Assembly: GCA_030704615.1 (NCBI GenBank)
Contig: CM060731.1
Coordinates: 36,270,001-36,334,000, forward strand
Source: Takakia lepidozioides
Lineage: Eukaryota; Plantae; Bryophyta
Reading direction: 5' to 3'
DNA: 64,000 nucleotides
Below are positions 48,831 to 60,000 of the stretch, in pieces. The notes below the pieces were generated by a model. That model did not search any database. It had not been told where the DNA came from and saw nothing but the letters and a program-made list of their open reading frames with translations. Position numbers and translations under genes: made by a program. Numbering within the stretch: the first letter of the stretch is position 1; each line of letters starts with the position of its first letter.

Positions 48831-50926
48831 GTCCATATATATCAACTTCCCTTGCTTCCTACATATGCAGTTTGTCTCTGATGTGCAGTGCACATAAGCT
48901 AAAATAAAGGCCAAGAGGCTACTGCTACTGTAGCTGCCTCTATTGAAGTCCGCCATACAATGCATAGTTGAGGTCCCCTGTACTATCCCTTCTTAGCACA
49001 TAAACAACTGCTGAAATCACAAAGGAGCTAGCAAGAGGTGACTGCAGCACTCCCGCTACCATCTCCTTCCTTCAATAAAATATGGCCACAAAACACGCAG
49101 TTCACTACTTGGTTACTAGAATCACCCCAAGACAGGGTGTGCTGATGCATTTAACACATGGGCACTTGAAATGATTTAGTTATGGAATGAAAACCAAGCA
49201 ATGAGTGCCCTTACACATCTGTAGGGTAAAGGATGGCGCCCATTGTACTTCCAACAGCGTTGAATCAGATTGTAGTGGGTAAGCATTGATCCCTACACAA
49301 ATGAAGGCAAGGCACATAAAGGCACATCTTGCACAAACACAGATTTGCTAGCCCCTATACATCCCCCTCACACCAATTTGTGATAACTTTGCGATCACCT
49401 CTGGAAATGACAGAGTCGGTGCCTGAACCCTTGTCTGCATACATGCCATCAACATATGCACTGCACACTTTCAGAGAGGGCAGTTGAGATCCACTGAAAA
49501 GCCTAGCTAGTTAAGAGCCACAACATGCATGTTATTGAACTGTGTACATATGACAATATGATTGTATCTTCAAGACTTTGATAATCAAAGCACACAGAAG
49601 GCCGTGAAACGACAACTTAGGTTGGACAGATATGCATTGCAAATTGCATCTCAAATTATTGAACCAGGAATAAAAACACTATGAGATGAAGGTGTTCATC
49701 ATGGGCAGCTAAAAGAGTTTACTGCCATGCCTACATAATTGGGTCTGCCATAAGCTTAAGATTGGATCACCTTCAAATTGCATGACTATGAGATTATTGA
49801 CACACAGCTTTTTCTTCATACTGACACCAGTCTCGAAGAGTTCTAGTGAAAACCCATTTTTGGCATTAGTGTTGAGATAGACTTTAGTGGTCCGCGAAGG
49901 CAACCCACATCCTCATAAAGGTTACCGTACATAGGGCACAACCTAAACAGCAGTCGAACTGCAAATGACCCATTCGTAAGCTTGGTTGAGACAACTAATT
50001 CTACAAATGAGATCCATCAATTATCATTTTGCCAAAAACTTTTCACTTGCATCTCCCATGACCTTCCAGGAGGCCCAATGGAGGTTTACTATTTCATGAG
50101 CAGAAACCATGAGCCATGAGCCATGAGCCGCATGAGCCGCATGAGCGGTGAGCCGAAGTCTAAGATACGCGGATTTCATGAGCGGACTCCTCCAAATTTG
50201 GAAATGCGGCAGATTAAACAAGTATTAAAATAATAGTTTTTTAATTTGACCTTGCCGTTTTTGGACGTTCCAGATCATGTAATGCGGCGAAGATATGTCG
50301 TCAGTAACAAGTCCGCTCATGGTTTTATAGATCCGCTCATGGAAATAAGTGACCGTGCAACGGGAAATCCAGTATACCACTGCAAAAGGACGTCGCATAC
50401 TGGCCTGTATAGAGTATTCCGCGGTTTTACATGCCTTAACATTGGAATGAAGCTAACCCTTTTGCCGCGATTGAACCAATGGAGTCTGCACCAATACAGT
50501 CTGCAGTACTTCACAATTCTGTCTTCTTCGGGTATTCGGCGGGAAAGGTTTGCAACTGAACTGGGAAATAGGGTGCCGCATTAGGGTTCGCACGTGCGAA
50601 ATTTCGGAGCGGTTTGGTGTTGGCGAAGGCCGCCTCTGGGGGTACCTACGACGATACTTGGAAATTCGGCGCCGCATTTCCTTGTCGGAGGTCGAATGAG
50701 GAGAGCAAGTTTTCGGAAAGCAGAAAAACATGAACCCTCCAACATACAAAAATACATGCACGTGGAAACAAGTGAACGATATAGTAATATCTTAGTTCGA
50801 TCAAAACAGGTTACTGGTAGGCAAGACATATGTCGGACCTTTGTGTGGCCAGAGTCTGAGGTACTGGCAGCAGTACAGTTCTACTATCCGATGGGCGTAC
50901 CATTGTATGTGGACCGCAAGCCAAGC

Positions 50927-53900
50927 TCACTGGTCCCCTGGATCCATATTCAGAAGAGTGTGAACCTCCTGGGGGCTCAACCCTGGTGCATGTATAAAGT
51001 GATGAGTTGTGGAATTACAACGGAGTCTCTTTAGGTACACGTAGTACAAATGCTTGCAAGGGCAGTATGATGCCCCCTTGTTCGCCATGATCTGGAAGTC
51101 GGTGCAATTGCAGGTGGGTAATTCTGAAATGGTGATGGTGTACACCTCATTGCGAACAGCTGAGCCCGCCGTGGCCATCTGATACACACGCCCGAATCCT
51201 GGTGGGGGCACTTCTGTCGAGCTCTGGATTGTACAGTTCATCCGAAGTGCATTCCCCATCCTTGTCTCGTTCACTTTTGAGGGAGGTCGCCGCCTCTTCG
51301 GTTTCCCCCAACGGTGTGTAGGATGCTTAGAGCTGTCGTGTCCCATTGTTCTTGCTCTCACAGGGGTCGGTGGTGGAGGCTGTGGAAGCGGAAATGGTTG
51401 TCTGGGCACGTCAGTGCGCTGCACCATCCAAAATCCTGCGGCGGTAAGGGCGTCGGCCTCAACCTGACTCAGATCGCTGCCTGGTTCCACCGGCCACACC
51501 GGGGGAGCCTCTGGCATTGTCTGTATGCCGTACTTGGGCTTTCCATACACGCAAGTCATAATGTCGTGCCTGCAGAACCAGAACTGGGTGGTTGTCGCCT
51601 CCGCAAACTTTGCATGGACAAATCTTCCTGTAAAAGTAGGAGCAGGGACAGCCCCATCTGGATTCCTCCTTATCATCTCTAAACAACGTTGCCGTGTATC
51701 CACACGAATTGCGGAACACCTTCCTCGAAACAACGGCTTTGTGCGAGCAATTCTCCACTGTGAGGCAGACACAGTCGTCTCCACAATGGCTTGGCCATAC
51801 TGCATAACAGCGGGCGGAATGTGGGGCAAGGGAGCGGTGGGAATTTGTTGCACGAAATCCCCGGTTGAAGGCGACGGCGATCTGGAATTTCTTGGGCTTC
51901 CACTGCTGGAAGACACATTGTGCGGCAACATGACGGGACCTCGAGGTGCTGTCCGAATGTTCCTGTCGGATCTCTAGGAATCCTCTTCGCACCCGGGTTC
52001 CTCTTCAATCCTCCGCCTGACAGGGCGAGTCCGGACGTCCCCCTCTAGGTGTTCACCTCTGCGGTGCAGAGGCGTCCCTTTGATCTTCTCTCGCAATGTT
52101 GTCGCCCATTTCACTGGATTCTTGGACCTCGAAGCTGTTCGTACCAACAATTCCTCCCTGTCCGGCCCAAAGCCCCATTGTTTGCCGCTCAGGAACTTGT
52201 AGTACGTGGCTTGCTGCATGATTGCTCTGTCGATGTCCTCCGTTGTGGCCGTCACTACGTCCACCAGATGTGCGGCAGAAGACGCTCGCCAGGAGGAGTG
52301 GACCGATTCTGCCATATTCGTGTTCGGCATGTCCGTGTCGGAATCCAAGCACCGCTCCTAGAAGGACACAAACAACGGTGAGGGACCAATCGAAATGTCC
52401 GTAACAGAAAGACAAATGAACGAAATTGACAGCAGCCTACCTCCCGCATGTACTGTCCGAACTGTCGATACCGAAAATGCCACCACCCCAACCAGCTGTG
52501 CAATGCTCCCAGATTGGTTGTCTCCACTGCACCTGACGTGTTCCACCAAGCCTCGATGATAGCAAACTTAACCTCCGCGTCATCAAATGTGGGTGCATCC
52601 TTCCACGCCGTACAAAGGACACGGTGTTCAGCCTGGAATGAGCTAGCAACAAATTTGGTAGTGTAGTGGGATAGACTCTGCATCCAATGGAATCCACAGG
52701 ATCTCTCTTTCCCCTCCATTGGAACATTGGGGTCCTCACCGTACACACGCCGCACCGCTGCCCAGTTGGCCTGAGCGTTGTCTGCCATGAATCCCCTGAA
52801 ATTGGGCTCTGGCAATCCCGCCCTTGCCATCTGCTCGTTTATGCCCTCCCACAGATGCATCTCGGACTGTGTGTCCTCCCCTTTCATCTCGCAGATTGCA
52901 ATCGTCATGAGCCTCTTGGAGTGATAGTCATAAACATGCGCACCCATAGTCACCCACTGATGGTTTGTAATTCGCTTGATGTGATCAAACATCACCCAAG
53001 CATTCGACAAGTTTCCAGTTGTCATGCGAGTGACCAAGTCGACTCCACTCCCAGGCCCACACGTCGACATTTTGAAAATGTAACAACGATCGGATTCGCC
53101 GCCTTGCCCTGGAAACCTGCTACCTTGGATGTAGTCATATCCAGTCATTCGTTTCACCTCCAGGATTGAGTACATGTCCGACCCCCTGCCGAACTCCTGC
53201 TTGCAAGATACGATGTGATTCCGCACATTCGGACTACAAACGTGCGAGACGGACTCCAAGAGGTCACGCATCTCGTCTTCGGTCAAGGGCTCTCGGTCGG
53301 AACCATCTTCAGACATGATTTTGCCAAGAGCAATCTTGTGGGCTGCCTTCAGCTGAATCTGCTTTGGTCTGGCTCCGGGGCTCAATTTGACCTCCTCTTT
53401 TATGATGTCGTGTGCTTCCTGCACAGCCTCACGCATGTTGCCTCTCGCCAAGGGGTGGCAGTGGACCCCAACGTGTATGCAAGCTCTAGTCAAGTCCGGG
53501 AGCAAATGGATTACGTAATATTGCTTGGCTCTGCACATGGACATGCACGTCGGTGGTTCTTTGCAATGTGCACACTTGAAAGAACCCGCAGGAGCTTGGC
53601 TGGAGACAATGAATGGATGATGCGTTGTGCCAGTCCAATCCGTCTCGTTTCTCCGCCCTCCTTTGGAGAGAAAGTGGAAGCAGGTGGGATTGAGGCACCT
53701 CAGCTTCCCCGCACAGAGGACATATCGTACACGAACACCATCAGCAATTTTCGTGCTACTGGTCTTCGTCACACACCAGGGGTGTCCGTCATGCTTTCGA
53801 TCCATGTCTGTTAACATCCCGGAGGCTTTCTTTGACGAAGAAACAGGTGGAAACTCAAAGATGACATTGCCATCGACTTCGGGAGGCAGAAAAGTTACCT

Positions 53901-54534
53901 TTCTGACTGGGAATTTGGCATAGTCGAGAGCAGCCAGCTCGGAGCGAGAACCATCGAGGTGATGTTGTCGTAGGAGCTGCACAATGGACCGGGTTGGAGT
54001 TATGCTCGAGGGCACATGCGTAGCACCTACAGAGACGTCCATGCCGGATTTGAACGACCGTGTGGAGGACATGGGTACCTCAATGCAATCATCTTCCTCG
54101 TCGGAAATGTCGAATACGTCCACACGAGAAGCTATGGAGGGTCTTGACGGTCCAGGTCGGGAATGATTATCGTTGCATACCTCTCTGTTGGCAGTGGCCG
54201 CCTCTCGGTTTCCGGACTCCTTTGTGGATGGTGTGGGCAGCGACTGATTCGGAAAGGGAATGGGCATTCCCACAGCTCGGTACAGGATGGTGTCTGACGG
54301 GGGAACGTGCCATTCGATTCCGCAACCTCCGTCGTTACCTAGCACGACAATGGTCTCGTCAACCTGTCCAGGAACATCCTTCCTTTCTTCTTCCAAATAA
54401 ACTGTGCCCGGTTTGAGCTTGAATTTGGAACAAAGGTAAGTTTCAGTCACTCTGCAAAGTCCTCCCTCGTTTGGGATCCAGGCTCTCCCAAGTTGCGGAG
54501 GACAGCAAACTATAGCGTAGGAATTCGGAGCCAT
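50927..54534 (-). pseudogene. MULE-type DDE transposase with N-terminal GCM/WRKY-like Zn domain and C-terminal SWIM finger; premature stop
   Basis: DGHPW...CAGKLRCLNPTC...CAHC..C...HVGVHCHP; D (WVMFDH), D (FMADNA), CxxH (CGFH), E (NMAESVH) after a phase-0 intron 52358-52440; SWIM CNC..CPCKH. In-frame TAG at 51974-51976. Confidence 0.85.
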
Positions 54535-54963
54535 CGAACACCGCACGGAGTTGGCAAGTGCGAGGTTCAGTATAGCGACAGACCAAGGCTCACAGGCACC
54601 ATCTAAGTGGATCTGCGGAGTCCATCGACGATTGGAAGTCGCACATTGAAGTGGAAAGTATTGTTTCAAGCTACATGCATAAAGGTGGGAGGTTTGATTC
54701 CATAGCCAGTGAGTAGGACAATGATGGCCGATTCGGCGACGAAATAACATCTCCTGACAGTTTCTCCTGAGGGTGGATCCAGTAGTATTCTCGGTGCAGA
54801 CAGGAACGTTCGCACTGACAAGTGCCAGGACTGCTGGTTAAAACGGTCAGACAACCAAGTTGTGCTCATCAAGACTGGCCGCAATTGTGTTGTTTCGGAA
54901 CAATGCAACCCATTGAGGTTCCAGATTTCCCGTCACGAGTGATTCTGTCGATTGCTGGTGGAC

Positions 54964-56655
54964 GGAAATACGGCGCCGCATTTCCGTATTGCATCTTGGT
55001 CATGCAACAGAGCGACGGAAATGCGGCACCGAGTTTCCGTCCGGGGGAAACCTTTATACTCTCCAGAACGGAAATGCGGTAACGCATTTCCATCCAGCAA
55101 GCACGGTATGTGAAGGTGGAACGGAAATGCTGTACCGCATTTCCGTTCTGATTGAGATTTATGAACAACGGGAACAGAAATGCGGCACCGCATTTCCGTC
55201 CGAGTCGCACTTTTCGACATTCCAGAACGGGAATGCGGCGCCGCATTTCCATTTTGTATCTGATGCATGGAGCTGAGGGATAGAAATGCTGCAGCACATT
55301 TCCGTCATTCAACAAGCACGGTATGTGAAGGTGGAACGGAAATGCGGTACCGCATTTCCGTTCTGATTGAGAATTATGAACAACGGGAACAGAAATGCGG
55401 CACCGCATTTCCGTCAAAGTCGCACTTTTCGACATTCCATAAAGGAAATGCGGCGCCGCATTTCCATTTTGTATCTGATGCCTGGAGCCGAGTAAGATTC
55501 CGACAGCTTCATACAGCGCAATTCCGACCGGTTGAGACATTCACACTATCCAGAACGGAAATGCGGCACCGCATTTCCGTTCTGACTGAAAATCGTGAAC
55601 TATCTGAACTGAAATGCGGCACCGTATTTCCATCCGAGTCGCACCTACCATCATTCCAGAACGGAAATGCGGCACCGCATTTCCGTTCTGACTGAAAATC
55701 GTGAACCATCGGAACTGAAATGCGGCAACGTATTTCCATCCGAGTCGCACCACCATCATTCCAGAACGGAAATGCGGCACCGCATTTCCGTTCTGACTGA
55801 AAATCGTGAACCATCGGAACTGAAATGCGGCAGCGCATTTCATCCGAGTCGCACCTCCCAACATTCCAGAACGGAATGTATTAGATTTAAAAGGGAAATG
55901 CGGCACCGCATTTCCGTTCTGATGAAATATCCTGAAACATCGGAATTGAAATGCGGTACCGCATTTCCGTCGGAGTCCCACCATCCGACATTCCAAAACG
56001 GAAATGCGGCACCGCATTTCCGTTTTGTATGTGAGGCATGGAGCTGTGGAACGAAAATGCGGGAAGGCATTTCCGCCAGCGTCAGACGTTAATACTCTAC
56101 AGAACGGAAATGCGGTACCGCATTTCCATTCTGACTGAAAATCGTGCGCAACGGGTACAGAAATGCGGCACCGCATTTCCGTTCGAGTCGCACCTTCCGA
56201 CATTCTCGAACGGAAATGCGGCGCCGCATTTCCGTTTTGTATATTCGGCCTGGAGCTGTGCTACGGAAATGTGTTGCCGCATTTCCATCCATGTGAGACC
56301 TTCAACCTTTCCAGACCGGAAATGCGACACCGCATTTCTGTCCAGGTGAGACCTCTATACTTTCCCGAACGGAAATGTGGCACGGCATTTCCATTCATCA
56401 ACTAACGTATGTGAAGTGGGAACGGAAATGCGGCGCCGCATTTCCCTTCTGAATCTCATACATGGAGCTGTGGGACGGAAATGCGGCACCGTATTTCCGT
56501 TCAACAACTAAGGTATGTGAAGGTGGAACGGAAATGCGGTGCCGCATTTTCTTCAACAAGTACGGATGTGTAGCTTCGTGATGGTACTTAACGGAAATGC
56601 GGCGCCGCATTCGCATTCTCGCTCCAACTCATCAGACGCTGGGACGGAAATGCCT
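54964..56655. repeat. Phased array of ~30 palindromes GGAAATGCGG-YR-CCGCATTTCC, 53-bp period
   Basis: Unit starts: 54964, 55017, 55070, 55123, 55176, 55229, 55282, 55338, 55391, 55444, 55557, 55610, 55663, 55716, 55768, 55821, 55894, then every 53 bp to 56530, 56593, and a half-site at 56646. Confidence 0.97.
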
Positions 56656-57049
56656 TGAAATGTGAACACGTGGAGCAACGGAATTGCTGCACATGTCGGC
56701 ACTCTATCTGACTGAAGGGGCATGAGGCGGCGCGGCCTGACCGTTGGATAATGATGTTTGATTTTCGGACGGCGGGCGTACCCTCAACGATTCGAATTTC
56801 GTAATGACGCAAACTCCACGAGGAGACACTTTCGTCCAACCTTTCGAACCCAAGTGGTGCATCACCGCCGTTTCATCTACTTTTGTCGTGTCTCCTCAGT
56901 CACCCCTCTCGCGCCCTTTCCATCTGCACTCTTTGCCCCTTTTCCCTCTCTCTGTTCTTCTTATGCTCGAACCTGAGAGGGGGGGAGTTCGTGCACCAGA
57001 CAGGAGACCTCGTCGCAAGCTCCGGAAATTATACTTCGGACGTAGGCCA

Positions 57050-60000
57050 ATGCCGAAGGGGAGGAAGCAGATGCGTCTACAGGAGGAGATTGCCATCTCC
57101 GAGCAGCAGGCCACTCAGGCAACCCAGCCACCAGTGAGAGCTCCATGCGATCGGGCTGCGCGCAGCTGATCGAGCACCGAACCCCCCATTTTGCTTCTGT
57201 AATTCTTAGACTGAATGCTAGGAGACTTGAATGCAGAACATGTTTGCATGCCTAACAGGAAAGGTGGACGTGCTGGAGGGATCGCAGGAATCCGAAGAGC
57301 CGCAGGAAGAGTCCGAGGAGCTAGCTGCAGCACGTACACCCACCCGATCCCCGAGCGCGGGTACTCCTGCCGGGCCTAGCCCTCTGCGATTCAAAGACGC
57401 GTCTTCGAAGGGCAAGTTCAAAGTCTCAGAGATCGACTCGCGTTCTTCGATCATGGAGAATCGCCAGCAGGGGTCGGGCCCTTCTCCAGCAAAGTCGAAG
57501 AAGAAGCAGCCCGTCCCTCTACTGGCTTCTGAACCGGCTCAGGCCGATTCACCCCCCCCAACGCGAATGAAGCAGCAGGGTAGAAGACAGATTCTATTGC
57601 AGCAGACACCTTCACCTGCAAGGATGAGGAAGCAGAAGGCAATCAGGGCGACGGCCGAACAATCTCCCGCAAAACCGCTTCCACGAGCTGAAGCTCAGTT
57701 CCTGGAGGATTTCCCGCCTGCAGATGTTGGGGCCGACTCTGCTGCAGCGAAGGCAATGGGATCGACCGTTGATCTCGATTTGGTACCGGAGGAGGGTGCT
57801 GCCGCTGAACGTTCGCAGGCAGACCTCACCACCGATGAGCTAGCAGGCCCGGAGGAGGCCTCTGCAAGTGGCAGAATTGCCCGCACACAGGCCCCAGAGT
57901 GCAGCTCCAGTTGAGGATGCTCCACCTGCTCAGCCACTACCGGCACCTACAGACATGTCTCCGGAGGATTTCAAAAGTGCAGCGGATAAAATGTTGGAGG
58001 AGACACACAGTAGCATTGGCAGAGTTCTGGGCAGCAGGGTATTCCAGCGGACTCTTCGAATCCCACTCTGTCGCATGGTCTCCCTTCCCATCGTCAGGCA
58101 GGCCCTTCCCGGAGATGTGGATAAGCTCAAGTTCGCATTTCGAGAAGGGTACCGTCTGGGATCGGCAGCGTTTTACGTTTCCATAGAGAATGAGGACGGC
58201 GAAACCCGTGGACCCACTGCCGATGAATTGTCAACGTGGGATACCCACTGGACACTCGCAACCACGAATTCGAGGCGACGCTGAAGGGTGATCCCGACTT
58301 CGGCCATATGTCGGGAAAAATGTTCTTTGTGTGGGACGGGAATCACCGACTTCTCGCCTGGTGGGAGTACATCAAGCAGAACCATGCCAAGCACATTGGC
58401 TGGCATTACATGGTGGAGTGTGTCATCCTCAAGGTGAAGGCGGCAGACTCCTCCCTCCTCAAGAATGCCATGGCGGACCTCAACTCGTAAGATACTCATA
58501 CCCTCCCTAGCACATTCGAAATGCGGTGCCGCATTTCGGTTTCCATTCTGGTTTGATTCCGTGCTTCCGTGTACTGAACTGGAGAGTGCCTTGCAGGGTC
58601 ACTGAGAATGCGTAGTGTACCCACATGCACATGGCTGTACATGGTGAAACAGTGAGGAAAACTGGTCTTACTGATCCGCAGATGTTGCGGAAAGGAGCCG
58701 GAGCTCATTCAGAAAGCCGTTGCAAAAACAGACCGGAATGGTAGTCTCACTATGGATGGAATGGTGGAGGTGATATACGAAGTAAGTCGTGCTCCAATTT
58801 CCCCTGCTCATCCTTCCCCAATTTCCAGTAATGTTTCCACATGAATCGAATGTAACGCTTCTGCATGTTTTTGTTGGCAGTCAAACATCAAGCTGGATTT
58901 GGCCCATGCCAAACGCTTCTTCATGGAAAGTGAGGGGCAGGTCAAAACGTTGCAGTCATTGACTGAGCACTTGAAGGAAGCCGGTGTCAAGTCCAGAACC
59001 AAATACAAGTCAAAGCTTGTGAAGCTGGTGGCAATTGCAGATCCGGCACTTGGAAAGGACTTCATCCCCGAGATTGCAAAACACTATTCTCGGGCCATGC
59101 AGCCGACCATGCAATTGAGAGAAACTGCATCACCTCTCAACGGCATGTGTGGAGGCGAAAGAGAAGGTGAGGTTTCAATGCACTGAATTTCCTTCCTAGC
59201 AATAGCCACTCTCTTCCAGCCACTGACATTGGATCGGAAATGGCAGACACGGTGGCTGTCGATCTGGAATGCATCCGAGAGCATAAGGACAATGTGGTCT
59301 TTTCCACTGGAAGTTTCCGACCCTGCAGTGGATGTGTGGCTCAACCGCATGACTTGGTGGTTCCAGGTAATTCAAGGTACTTCCCCAGATTTGCTTTTCT
59401 GACATGAATTCCCTGAACTGCTACGTGACAATGCATTGGGAATGGCAGGTAATGTCGAATGCAAAGGAGCAAGTCGTAATGCACACAAATTCGTTCGGCT
59501 TGTACGTCAAATGGGATGGAACACAGACATTGGAAGACTACGTGACACGTTTCAGATGTGCGTACAAGGACAACCTTTTCGCCAGAGAGCTACAGACAGC
59601 AAGAAGGAGCGTGGAGTTTACACATCAGGAGGGAGCGGGGAAAGCTGCAATGCGAATTGTTTACAGGTGAAGCACAGCTGCCCTTGTATGCGAAGCCTGG
59701 TTACGAGGTTTGTCTCGGAAATGCGGCACCGCATTCGCATTTTATGTTTTCGGTGGCACTCTGCCAGTAGGTTGGTCTCAAGTTTTGCTCACGCATGCTG
59801 ACTGCCTTGCAGGTATATGAAATACGTGCTCCTTCAGACAGGGGCCCTGGCTCAAGAGCCCCCGTTCTTCATGGCTTGGACCGTGGCGGGCCCAAGCTGT
59901 GTCTACACACCCGAGATGCAGAAACAATGGCATCCCGCGCATCTCGTTGGATGCCCGTGGTACCTGGACATGTCTGGCGGTATTGTTGACGAGTCTGAGA

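Noticed and set aside
49000-50050. Possible decayed DNA-transposase relic
   Set aside because: No convincing motif or termini recognised.
54822-56616. ORFs with repeated EMRHRIS / KCGTAFP / NAAPHF peptides (also 62388-63223)
   Set aside because: Translations of the palindrome array in all six frames, not genes.
54964-56655. CRISPR array (palindromic repeat + ~31-bp spacers at fixed period)
   Set aside because: Spacers recur in families and higher-order blocks (e.g. CAAGCACGGTATGTGAAGGTG, CGAGTCGCAC, CTGACTGAAAATCGTG). There are no cas genes, the motif also occurs singly in introns, and the context is eukaryotic.
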